A DNA stretch of 64,000 nt, taken from Candidatus Aenigmatarchaeota archaeon. GTDB lineage: Archaea; Aenigmatarchaeota; Aenigmatarchaeia; CG10238-14; SCSR01. Below, in pieces: positions 28,148 through 36,987 of this stretch. The notes under the pieces were generated by a model. That model searched no databases and was not told where the DNA came from. It was given only the letters and a program-made list of their open reading frames with translations. Every line of letters begins with the position of its first letter. Position 1 is the first letter of the stretch. The stretch is from assembly GCA_016187385.1 (NCBI GenBank), contig JACPJU010000001.1, positions 8,348 to 72,347 on the forward strand, in the 5' to 3' direction. A program made the position numbers and the translations under genes.

Positions 28148-28432
28148 CTACCATTTCGGGAGTTTTTTCTTTATCCTGTCTTCCGGCCTGGAGACGAGCA
28201 GTTTGCCGTCGATCTGTATCTTGGTTTTGTTGGGCAAGATGAACAGAAATACAGAGTTTTCTTTTATCGCAGTTCTTTCTTTTCCGTCTTTTGTTTCTAT
28301 TTTCAGGGTGTTGTAGGTTTCGTCTATGACAGTTCCCACTAATCCCTTTTGCGTGGAATCTGTGGATTTGTTTATTTTCACCTTCAATCCAATCAGTTCA
28401 TGCCTTACGAGATTGTGTGGTGTTATTGGCAT
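28148..28432 (-). CDS. rnp1: Ribonuclease P protein component 1 (Rpp29)
   Basis: NLVRHELIGLKV, GTVIDETYN, RPEDRIK. Confidence 0.94.
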   Translation of the reverse strand: MPITPHNLVRHELIGLKVKINKSTDSTQKGLVGTVIDETYNTLKIETKDGKERTAIKENSVFLFILPNKTKIQIDGKLLVSRPEDRIKKKLPKW

Positions 28433-28476
28433 ATTGTTATTATCGAGAAAGTAGGATAAAAATGATAACGTAAAGT

Positions 28477-29022
28477 TTATTTGAGAGAGTTTGGGGCTTT
28501 TGTTTGATTTTGTATTGATTCAAGATCTAATAAATCAGGGAGTTTGCTATTAATCCTGCATCTGATTACTCCATCTTCTGTGGGGATTAGAATCCCGCTA
28601 TCTATTGCTTTTTTCCAGGTCTTTTCGCTGACTTTGCTCATAAACATGGATTGGAAAGCCTCTTCATACCCATTATTCAATCCCCAGTATAAAGTTCTTA
28701 GACACAATTCATATCCAGGCGTTCTTGGTTGACCTGATTGGCTGGTTAATCTGTAAAATCTTAAATTCGCAGAAAGGTTATTTGCCCAAAAATCTTGAAA
28801 TGTCATTATGTTGCCATCAAACTTTTGAGCCTCGATTTGTGCAATAAGCGAATTATCCTCAAAAATAAAATATCTAGGCGCGTCTAAAGCATGTTCTCTA
28901 AATGTCGCTAAGACGTCATATGGGGATATCTTTCCCTTATGTTCATATCTAGGCTGATCCAAGACGCTTTGACATTGTCTAATTGTTAATTCTGCTCCTT
29001 CATATATCCGAAAATGTCCCAT
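28477..29022 (-). CDS. Hypothetical protein
   Basis: 181-aa ORF. Confidence 0.55.
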   Translation of the reverse strand: MGHFRIYEGAELTIRQCQSVLDQPRYEHKGKISPYDVLATFREHALDAPRYFIFEDNSLIAQIEAQKFDGNIMTFQDFWANNLSANLRFYRLTSQSGQPRTPGYELCLRTLYWGLNNGYEEAFQSMFMSKVSEKTWKKAIDSGILIPTEDGVIRCRINSKLPDLLDLESIQNQTKAPNSLK

Positions 29023-29184
29023 TTTACCACTAAATTTTTATTTTATAATTTCCGTTTTCGCGCCACTCTTGCTCGAACTCCGAAACGATTTCGCCAGTTC
29101 GATATCTCAATGTCACCGGCATATCATTTACTTAAATCAAAAACTTTAAAAAAGATTAATTAACATAATCCTACAAGTGAAACT

Positions 29185-29643
29185 ATGCTAAGTGTGGTAA
29201 GAATCAGGGGAACGGCCGATTTGTCTAATGAAGTCCGCGATACGCTGAAATCACTTGGATTGAACGCCCCCAACCACTGTGCTCTAGTCCCGGAAATGCC
29301 CGCATACAAAGGAATGCTCGATAAGGTGAAGGATGTTGTCACTTATGGCGAAATTGAAAAGAAGATGCTGGTGGAAATGCTGAAGAAAAGATTGAGGATG
29401 ACTGACGACAAAAAAGTGAATGAGAGCACGCTGAAAACAGTTACAAAGTTCAATTCTTATGACGAGTTTGCGGACATGTTGATTCAAGGGAAAGCGATGC
29501 TGAGCGACTTTAAGAAACTGCAGCCGATATTCAGACTAACGCCTCCATCAAAAGGCTTCAGGTCTATAAGAGAACATTATCCTAAAGGGGACTTGGGCTA
29601 CAGGGGAACCGCAATCAACAGCTTACTGAAAAGGATGATTTGA
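29185..29643 (+). CDS. rpl30: 50S ribosomal protein uL30
   Basis: VVRIRG, DTLKSLGL, FRLTPPSKG, GDLGYRG. Confidence 0.96.
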   Translation: MLSVVRIRGTADLSNEVRDTLKSLGLNAPNHCALVPEMPAYKGMLDKVKDVVTYGEIEKKMLVEMLKKRLRMTDDKKVNESTLKTVTKFNSYDEFADMLIQGKAMLSDFKKLQPIFRLTPPSKGFRSIREHYPKGDLGYRGTAINSLLKRMI

Positions 29644-30081
29644 ATGGTTGTGAATAAAAGAAAGAAGCACACAAGATTCAGAGGGAACAGGCATTACCAC
29701 GGCTCCCACAAGAAGCACAAGGGTGCTGGAGGAAGAGGAGGCAGGGGAGATGCTGGCCTGCACAAGCACAACTGGACATGGACAGTGAAATACGACCCTC
29801 ATCATTATGGAAAAAGGGGATTCAAGCGCCACCCCTCTGTTGTCAGACATTTGAAAACCATAAACTTAAAAGACATCGACTCGATGGTGGACAAGCTGGT
29901 GGAGAAGAAACTTGCGGGAGAGGAAAACGGAAAAATAAAAATCAATCTCGAAAAGATAGGATACGACAAGCTTCTGGGCGCTGGAAGAATAACAAAGCCT
30001 ATTATTGTCGAATGCAAATATTTCTCTAAGAATGTCGAAAAGAAATTGGAACAAGCCGGCGGTAAGCTGGTCAAATTGTAG
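29644..30081 (+). CDS. rpl15: 50S ribosomal protein uL15
   Basis: GAGGRGGRG, YGKRGF, KLLGAG, KLEQAGG. Confidence 0.96.
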   Translation: MVVNKRKKHTRFRGNRHYHGSHKKHKGAGGRGGRGDAGLHKHNWTWTVKYDPHHYGKRGFKRHPSVVRHLKTINLKDIDSMVDKLVEKKLAGEENGKIKINLEKIGYDKLLGAGRITKPIIVECKYFSKNVEKKLEQAGGKLVKL

Positions 30082-30091
30082 GTTTTGAATC

Positions 30092-31516
30092 ATGGATGAA
30101 GAACAACCAGAAAAGAAAGATTTGGCGACAAGGCTTGTAAGATTCTTCCCTGCTATCGCCAAGCCTGAATACAAGCAGGACCTGAACGCCAGGCTCAAAT
30201 GGACCGGAATAGCCCTATTATTGTTTTTGCTGCTTTCTCACATCATCATGTACGGCATAGACAGGTCGGCTTCTTTCGAGCAGTTCAAGTTCTTTGAAAT
30301 CGTGCTCGGCTCGAAGTTCGGAAGCTTGATGACGCTTGGCATAGGTCCAATAGTCACGGCAGGTATCATCATGCAGTTGTTGACAGGATCGAAAATTATT
30401 AATTGGGACACGACAAAGCCAGAAGGCAGGAAAAAGTTTCAGACATGGAACAAGCTTCTTGCGGTCATACTCGCATTCGCAGAAGCGGCGGCATTCGCAA
30501 TGTCTGGTGCACTGCCTATCACTGGTGGGCTACCGATAATGCTATTCGTGATTGTCCAGTTGGCAGCAGGCGGTATAATTGTGATACTTCTTGACGAACT
30601 GGTGAGCAAGTGGGGATTCGGTTCCGGTATAAGCCTTTTCATAGCAGCGGGTGTTGCAACGCAGGTCGTGATAGGATTGATAAGTCCCCTTTCAATTGGA
30701 GGTGTGACAGCTGGCGCTATACCAGGGTTCATATTGAGCTTGATAGGAGGTGATATTGAATTGGCAGCAAGATACATGCTTCCTGTTCTGACCACTACCG
30801 CGATATTTTTGATTGTGGTTTATGCCCAGCACATAAAAATCCAGATACCACTGACATTCTCAACGATGAGGGGATTCGGAAGGACATGGGACCTTAAACT
30901 GCTTTACACGAGCAATATTCCAGTCATCCTGACAGCAGCTTTGATAGCGAACATACAACTGCTTGCAAGATTCGGCACGGCTCCGACGCCAGACGGACTT
31001 ATTTGCGGACCGCTTGCATGCTTCGACCAAGCGGGGAATGTGGTGAGTGGTATTGTATATTTCTTATCGGTGCCAGGCGGCGGCATCTTCAACAACAGCC
31101 TTTTGTTCCAGATAGTTTCCGGCACTGTGATTCCGGGTGAAATCCTGCGGGCGTTGACGTACACGCTATTCCTTGCGATAGGGTCTATGACATTTTCCAT
31201 TTTCTGGGTCAATACTGCTGGAATGAATGCGGAAAGCGTTTCAAGGCAACTGGACAGCGCAGGCATGCAGATTCCCGGCTACAGAAAGGACACAAGAGTC
31301 ATGCAGGCTGTTCTGAACAGGTATATACCCCAGCTGGCTGTTCTCGGCGGTTTAGCCATAGGCTTGCTGGCTGCAGTGGCAGACCTGACAGGTGCGATAG
31401 GAACAGGAACCGGAATACTTTTAACTGTTATGATCGTTTATAATTATTACGAACAACTTCAGCGCGAGAAGCTTGACGAAGCACATCCGTTGATAAGGAA
31501 GATTGTAGGCGAGTGA
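30092..31516 (+). CDS. secY: Preprotein translocase SecY
   Basis: LGIGPIVTAGII, GFGSGISLFI, YTSNIPVIL, IPGYR, GTGILL. Confidence 0.97.
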   Translation: MDEEQPEKKDLATRLVRFFPAIAKPEYKQDLNARLKWTGIALLLFLLLSHIIMYGIDRSASFEQFKFFEIVLGSKFGSLMTLGIGPIVTAGIIMQLLTGSKIINWDTTKPEGRKKFQTWNKLLAVILAFAEAAAFAMSGALPITGGLPIMLFVIVQLAAGGIIVILLDELVSKWGFGSGISLFIAAGVATQVVIGLISPLSIGGVTAGAIPGFILSLIGGDIELAARYMLPVLTTTAIFLIVVYAQHIKIQIPLTFSTMRGFGRTWDLKLLYTSNIPVILTAALIANIQLLARFGTAPTPDGLICGPLACFDQAGNVVSGIVYFLSVPGGGIFNNSLLFQIVSGTVIPGEILRALTYTLFLAIGSMTFSIFWVNTAGMNAESVSRQLDSAGMQIPGYRKDTRVMQAVLNRYIPQLAVLGGLAIGLLAAVADLTGAIGTGTGILLTVMIVYNYYEQLQREKLDEAHPLIRKIVGE

Positions 31517-31517
31517 A

Positions 31518-32009
31518 ATGGTATTTGAATTCACGGGCAAACTTATAGACCCCATATTTGCACCTTTGCTAGTTTTCGATCCTTATCTATCCATATTCCT
31601 CTTTTCGGTCTTTATTTCGGCAGTCATTTTCGGAATAAACAAGCTGATGATAAACAAAAAGGTTGCGAAAGAGATAAAGGAGAAGCTTACGAACATACGC
31701 GAGAATCTGACCAAGGCACAGAAGGAGGGGAAGAAGGACGAGATAAACAAATTCCTGAACGAGTACATGAAGACCAACAACGAGTACATGCAGCAGATGT
31801 TCAAGGTAATGATAGTGTCCTTAGTTGTTGTTATTGTTTTCTTTCCGTGGGGTTCATACAGGTTTGGTGATGCTGTTGTGGTGACGCATCCTGTTGTGCA
31901 AGCTTTGAACTCGTTGCCTCTGATCAGCCTTCTGCCGAACTGGGTTGTGTGGTATGCGCTTGTTTCGGTTGCAGTAAGCTGGACATTGAGGAAATTCTTG
32001 GGTGAGTGA
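31518..32009 (+). CDS. EMC3/TMCO1-family (DUF106) membrane insertase
   Basis: TM-coiled coil-TM architecture, WVVWY, conserved position after secY. Confidence 0.88.
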   Translation: MVFEFTGKLIDPIFAPLLVFDPYLSIFLFSVFISAVIFGINKLMINKKVAKEIKEKLTNIRENLTKAQKEGKKDEINKFLNEYMKTNNEYMQQMFKVMIVSLVVVIVFFPWGSYRFGDAVVVTHPVVQALNSLPLISLLPNWVVWYALVSVAVSWTLRKFLGE

Positions 32010-32258
32010 ATGAAAAAAGTCAAGAGAAGGGTTACTTCAGGAAAAGTCAGGATTCATGTAAAGCGCGAGAAGACTGCTTTGCACAGATGCGCGAATTGCA
32101 AAGGCATTCTCCATGGCATGAAAAGATTGATGCAGAGCCGTGTGAGAAAGCTGGCTAAAAGTGACAGGAGACCTGACAGGCCATATGGCGGTTATCTCTG
32201 TTCCAACTGCACAAGGGAATTATTCAGGGAAAGGGCTAGAGTTTCAAATGATATTTAA
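32010..32258 (+). CDS. rpl34e: 50S ribosomal protein L34e
   Basis: CANCKGILHG, RPDRPYGGYLCSNC. Confidence 0.95.
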   Translation: MKKVKRRVTSGKVRIHVKREKTALHRCANCKGILHGMKRLMQSRVRKLAKSDRRPDRPYGGYLCSNCTRELFRERARVSNDI

Positions 32259-32284
32259 ATGTCAGTTTATTTTAGAAGTTGATT

Positions 32285-33544
32285 TTATTCTCTAATAACT
32301 ACTGCTTCTTTACCGTTACTGATTATTCGCACTCTATCTCTTACAGATTCGGTCGTTTGATACATTTTTTGATACCATAAGTTACTTTTTAATATTGACA
32401 CATCCGCTTTCTTTATTAATCTCATTAAACCGTGTACTAGGAAATTGTCGGCTCGCCCAATAACCAATGCTCTCATATTCGGAACGCTTAAATCTACGTC
32501 GTACTCCTCTTGGTGTGCGGAAGATGTCATGAAACAATATCTTTCTCTACCCAGCATTTCAGATGAGGATGAGTAATGAATTTTCATTACATTAGCTGAA
32601 CCATATAATATAATATCTGCATTCCCGCCGAGAATTGAAGACATTCCTAAATTAGTCAGGTTCATTTTTAAATCATCATCAACTCCTTCAAAAGTTATTT
32701 CAGGTTCTTCGAACCCTCCTAATTTCGATGCAACCTGTAACACCTCCCATTTGCCCAGTCCTCTTATCACCGGTAGCACAATTCCTTGGGGAGGAGTTAT
32801 ACCAAAAACTATGTCAGCATGTAAAACATTTGCACCAACCGATGGCAATTGAAAATCTGCCGTTTCAATTCTTTTGAATGGCCTGACTTGGTATAATTCA
32901 AACGGGTCATAACCAAATTCGACAAATAGACTTTGTCCGTCTGCAATTTCTTTTAAACTTTCTAATTGTCTATATCTATCTACTAAAAACTTCGCATCTT
33001 CATCTGAGATTCCACGGCTAATTATTTCGTGGTTTTCACTTTCGCCTTGGACTTTTTCATCAAATAAATATCTTTTATGTTGACGGGAATATTCACCCCT
33101 GCCTTCGAAATAAGATATGAAAATCAAATCAGGATTATTGGGATGCCTCATCATAGCCCCGCAATAACCTGAAGGCGACTGTTCTTGTATAACAACATTA
33201 ATTTGTTCATCGATATGGAACCCGTTCTGTCTGGCGTATTCAACTGCTCTTTCACTAGTTGCACTTTTTTCAACTTGCCTAATTGCATCCTCTAAAGAAC
33301 ATTTATCATAAACATCAGGAACGGAATCGAAAATACCCTCGAAATCACTGTATTCATATGGTGAAGAGGAACGAACAATAACAGGCTTTTTCATGCGATG
33401 AAAACGGTGTAAAACACCGCTCAAGCCAGCTCCATATTCTTTTATCACATAATTTGGGATAGGGATGTCTGGAAGTTTATCTCTCACATAATTAAGTATT
33501 GCACCCTTTCCTCCGTATTGGGTTATTTCAGATGCAGTCAACAT
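32285..33544 (-). CDS. PEP/pyruvate-binding (PPDK/PEP synthase N-terminal ATP-grasp-like) domain protein
   Basis: GGKGAIL, VIVRSSSPYE, FEGIFDS, VVIQEQ, LYQVRP. Confidence 0.72.
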   Translation of the reverse strand: MLTASEITQYGGKGAILNYVRDKLPDIPIPNYVIKEYGAGLSGVLHRFHRMKKPVIVRSSSPYEYSDFEGIFDSVPDVYDKCSLEDAIRQVEKSATSERAVEYARQNGFHIDEQINVVIQEQSPSGYCGAMMRHPNNPDLIFISYFEGRGEYSRQHKRYLFDEKVQGESENHEIISRGISDEDAKFLVDRYRQLESLKEIADGQSLFVEFGYDPFELYQVRPFKRIETADFQLPSVGANVLHADIVFGITPPQGIVLPVIRGLGKWEVLQVASKLGGFEEPEITFEGVDDDLKMNLTNLGMSSILGGNADIILYGSANVMKIHYSSSSEMLGRERYCFMTSSAHQEEYDVDLSVPNMRALVIGRADNFLVHGLMRLIKKADVSILKSNLWYQKMYQTTESVRDRVRIISNGKEAVVIRE

Positions 33545-33578
33545 AGAAAAACCTATCAAATATTACAAATTTAAGCAT

Positions 33579-33917
33579 TCAAAAACTCTTAAAATCGTCT
33601 AAAAATTCACTCCTATTATAATATTCTTCTCTTGCGTGCGCAAGCTCCAGTTCTGCGTATCCATCTCGAATAGCCAGCCAAGCGGAATAGAATCGTTCAA
33701 CCGCAATTCCTGCTAAACACGCTGTAAAGATCATCTTAGGATTGTCACTAAATGGTGTTAATATAGCAGATACTGCAGTTATGCCGCCTATCCTGTATAA
33801 ACTTCCCATCACGATATCATAAGGCGAACGAACTCTTCCTCGAATCTCAGTTATGTGATTTTTCAATTCATTTATGGATAACTCTGAGAAATCATATCCT
33901 TTTCTATAAAACATCAA
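33579..33917 (-). CDS. Hypothetical membrane protein
   Basis: 112 aa, two hydrophobic stretches. Confidence 0.5.
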   Translation of the reverse strand: MMFYRKGYDFSELSINELKNHITEIRGRVRSPYDIVMGSLYRIGGITAVSAILTPFSDNPKMIFTACLAGIAVERFYSAWLAIRDGYAELELAHAREEYYNRSEFLDDFKSF

Positions 33918-33977
33918 TGAGACACCAGGATTCTTTATGATTTATAAATCTAATAAAGATATAAAATATTGAATATT

Positions 33978-34325
33978 ATGGCAATGGAAGTAGGAATGGT
34001 GTGCATGAAGGTTTCCGGCAGGGAAGGCGGAAATATTTGCACGATTGTAAAGAAAGTTGATAAGAGTTTTGTCGAGATTACTGGTCCTAGGCTAGTTACT
34101 GGTGTGAAGCGCAGGAGATGCAATATAGCACATTTGGAGCCTGTCGGTATGTTCATGGAGATTGGTGAAGGTGCCAATGATGAGGATATAATAGAGGCTT
34201 ATAAGAAGGCTGGTGTGATTACAAAGTTCAACTTGAAACTACCTTCCGCTGCCGAATTAAAATCTGTTAAAGAGAAGGTTGAAATCAAGAAGGAAAAGAC
34301 TGAAGCTAAAACCAAAGAGAAGTAA
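33978..34325 (+). CDS. rpl14e: 50S ribosomal protein L14e
   Basis: EVGMVCMKVSGRE, TGVKRRRCNIAHLEP. Confidence 0.95.
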   Translation: MAMEVGMVCMKVSGREGGNICTIVKKVDKSFVEITGPRLVTGVKRRRCNIAHLEPVGMFMEIGEGANDEDIIEAYKKAGVITKFNLKLPSAAELKSVKEKVEIKKEKTEAKTKEK

Positions 34326-34352
34326 TATAAACTCTCAAACAATTTAAATTTC

Positions 34353-35309
34353 ATGTGGTTGACCAAATCAGACGAAGAGACAAATCCTGAATACGGAAAA
34401 TATCCTAAAGACAGGAATATAAACGAACTGATAGATTCTTCTGTACTAATTGTTGACAAGCATGCAGGTCCCACATCGCATCAAGTGACTGCATGGATAA
34501 GAGACATTTTTAATGCCAAGAATTGCGGGCATTCTGGAACTTTAGATCCTGGTGTGACAGGTGTTCTTCCCGTAGCTTTGGGAAATGCAACAAAGGTCAT
34601 GCCTGTATTGACGGGATTAGATAAAGAATACGTTGGGACAATGCATCTGCACAAGGAAGTTCCTGAAGACATGCTGAGAAATGTGATAGTTGAGAGATTC
34701 ATAGGGAAAATAAGGCAGCGTCCGCCAGTGAAATCTGCTGTAGCCAGAATTGAAAGGGAGCGCGAGATTCATTTTTTCGATATATTAGAAATTGACGGAA
34801 AGGACGTTTTGTTCAAAGTCGGCTGCGAAGCAGGGACATACATAAGAAAACTGTGCCATGACATCGGCAGGGCATTGAATGTTGGCGCGCATATGTCAGA
34901 ATTGAGAAGAACTAAAGTCGGGAATTTTACGGAAAATGATGCTCATTCGTTGGTTGAAGTTAGAGATGCGTATGAAATCTGGAAAGAGAATAATGATGAG
35001 GCTAATCTAAGAAATATATTGATCCCTGTGGAATATGCTACACTGCATACGAAGAGAATTTTTGTGAAAGACTCTGCCGTAGCTTCGCTTTGCAACGGAT
35101 CTCCGCTATATCCGAGGGGGATAACTAGAATACAGGAAGGTATTATAAGGGGTGAGACAATCGCTGTCATGACATTGAAAGAAGAATTGATTGCATTGGG
35201 TATAGCTAAGATGACGAGCGACGAAATGTTCAAGAGAAAGACTGGAGTTGCGTGCAGGATTGACAGGGTGCTAATGCCAATGGAATTATATCCGAAGTGG
35301 GATAGATAA
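34353..35309 (+). CDS. cbf5: H/ACA pseudouridine synthase Cbf5
   Basis: GPTSHQV, GHSGTLDP, QRPPVKSAV, GTYIRKLCHD, PUA domain. Confidence 0.96.
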   Translation: MWLTKSDEETNPEYGKYPKDRNINELIDSSVLIVDKHAGPTSHQVTAWIRDIFNAKNCGHSGTLDPGVTGVLPVALGNATKVMPVLTGLDKEYVGTMHLHKEVPEDMLRNVIVERFIGKIRQRPPVKSAVARIEREREIHFFDILEIDGKDVLFKVGCEAGTYIRKLCHDIGRALNVGAHMSELRRTKVGNFTENDAHSLVEVRDAYEIWKENNDEANLRNILIPVEYATLHTKRIFVKDSAVASLCNGSPLYPRGITRIQEGIIRGETIAVMTLKEELIALGIAKMTSDEMFKRKTGVACRIDRVLMPMELYPKWDR

Positions 35310-35310
35310 A

Positions 35311-36159
35311 TTATTTTCCTGTACCTAATCGCATTTTTCTCATAGTGTATCCAATCGGATCAGCCGCCGTAAAAAAATTAAGAAAGTTTTGAGCTAGAAA
35401 TAGTGGTTTACGTAAAGCCATAGAGACTTTTTCACGATAGAAATCAATTGCTGAAGCGTTATTAGTGTAATTCGTACCATCGTATGTGGGAACGTCTTTT
35501 AGAAAAAACGCGAACATTTTATCGAATTTGGATTTATTTGCTTCGTATGTTGATCTTATTTTACTTGGGTCTTCAAACCTGACATCTGCTTCATAACTTA
35601 CACCAACATATTTTAAAGCGAAATCTTCAAAAGTGAAATTTCTAGGAAGGAGAGAAATCACTCTAAAAAGATTTTCTTCTCGTAGATCACTAATTACATC
35701 GATTGAATCGTCTTGAGAAAGACCACTTCCTGGGATTTGAAATACCGCCAAAGGCTTTGTCAATCTGAAACCAATGTATTTACTGAAAGAATATGTTTCA
35801 CTCGTGAATTGGGCTTTAGATATAACACCGATCTTTATTTTTCCGCCGTCCAAATGGTAAAAGTTAGGACTCAGTCTATTCAAAAAAGTTTGTACTTCAA
35901 CAGATCTTGCAGGTTTGACATAGGGTGTTTGAACAACCCATTCATTTTCATTGTAGAATTGCCTAGGGTCATCAACAACAACTATAAAGTCTTTCATACT
36001 ATCGGGTTTTTGTGTGCCATAAACCCAAGAACCATATCCTATAATTAACGAAACATGGTCTCCTAATCTATTATGGAGGTCTTTTGCGGTTTTAGCCAGT
36101 TCAGAAGAACCTTCTAATGTCATGAATTCATTGTCAAAAAGTAATTCCTCATAATTCAA
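35311..36159 (-). CDS. Tam41/Mmp37-like phosphatidate cytidylyltransferase
   Basis: GYGS..SMKDFIVVVDDP, KIGVIS, YIGFRLTKP, LLPRNFT, VSYEADVRFEDPSKI parallel the Tam41 signature order. Confidence 0.75.
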   Translation of the reverse strand: MNYEELLFDNEFMTLEGSSELAKTAKDLHNRLGDHVSLIIGYGSWVYGTQKPDSMKDFIVVVDDPRQFYNENEWVVQTPYVKPARSVEVQTFLNRLSPNFYHLDGGKIKIGVISKAQFTSETYSFSKYIGFRLTKPLAVFQIPGSGLSQDDSIDVISDLREENLFRVISLLPRNFTFEDFALKYVGVSYEADVRFEDPSKIRSTYEANKSKFDKMFAFFLKDVPTYDGTNYTNNASAIDFYREKVSMALRKPLFLAQNFLNFFTAADPIGYTMRKMRLGTGK

Positions 36160-36230
36160 TATTCCACCAAAACTTCTCTTGAACTTTAGACATTAAAAGG
36201 TTTATAAACCAAAAAATGTAGTGAGGTTTT

Positions 36231-36518
36231 ATGAAAATTTCTGATATAAGACTGGGAGTAAGCGGGATTATTATAGAAGCCAAAATAGTTGAGGTGGGTG
36301 AGCCCAGAACGGTCAATACAAAATACGGACCGAGAAATGTGGCTGATGCTATTTTGGAGGACGGCACTGGACAAATAAAACTTTCATTGTGGGAGGACCA
36401 AATCGATTCTGTTTCTGTCGGAGACAAGGTTGCTGTCAGAGGGGCTTATGTCACGCAGTTCAGAGACACGCTCCAGTTGAACATACCGAAAACTGGGAAA
36501 TTGGAAGTTGTCAAGTGA
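36231..36518 (+). CDS. Single-OB-fold ssDNA-binding protein (SSB/RPA)
   Basis: MKISDI, LEDGTGQIKLSLW, GAYVTQFR. Confidence 0.9.
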   Translation: MKISDIRLGVSGIIIEAKIVEVGEPRTVNTKYGPRNVADAILEDGTGQIKLSLWEDQIDSVSVGDKVAVRGAYVTQFRDTLQLNIPKTGKLEVVK

Positions 36519-36595
36519 TTTCTTTAAATAATAAAAACATCTTTTAACGATAATATACACATAGGCTCAAGAGCTGACAACAAGATGATGTGAAT

Positions 36596-36717
36596 GCTGG
36601 AGTTGGACAACCTGGTCGTCCACTGGTCTTGAGTCTGACAGCTGGTTATTGTGACAAGTTATCAGAATGATAACCAGCACCCGCAAGGGTATGTGGGTTC
36701 AAATCCCACCTCCAGCG
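36596..36717 (+). tRNA. tRNA-Ser(UGA) with 38-nt intron at 37/38 (36634-36671)
   Basis: Acceptor GCTGGAG/CTCCAGC+G, D stem GGAC/GTCC, anticodon stem CTGGT/ACCAG with loop CTTGAG|A, long variable arm ACCC-GCAA-GGGT, GGTTCAAATCC. Confidence 0.9.
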
Positions 36718-36809
36718 TTTTTACCTTTAAATACTTGAAGGTAGATGAAAGGTTAATATAAAATCGAAATCAAATCTAACTAAACGAATGCTGAGGAGGA
36801 AAAACTAAA

Positions 36810-36893
36810 ATGGCATTTAAAAGCTATAACGATGAAGACGATGATGATTGGGGAGAAGACGGCGAATCGTCTGAAGACGAAGAAGAATTCTGA
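36810..36893 (+). CDS. 27-aa highly acidic micropeptide
   Basis: MAFKSYNDEDDDDWGEDGESSEDEEEF*, GAGGAGG upstream, followed by A/T tracts. Confidence 0.55.
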   Translation: MAFKSYNDEDDDDWGEDGESSEDEEEF

Positions 36894-36987
36894 AAAAATA
36901 ATTCTGCAATGATTTTTCTTTTCTTTTTTATTTTTGTCAATCAGCCCAGCACATATAAACATAAGCTTTCAAATACTAAATAAAAAT

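Noticed and set aside
29030-29122. 30-aa minus-strand ORF MPVTLRYRTGEIVSEFEQEWRENGNYKIKI
   Set aside because: Too short with no supporting motif; cannot be distinguished from chance
36596-36717. tRNA read as tRNA-Sec or a suppressor tRNA
   Set aside because: The anticodon is UGA (reads UCA, Ser), not UCA, with a standard 7-bp acceptor stem and G discriminator
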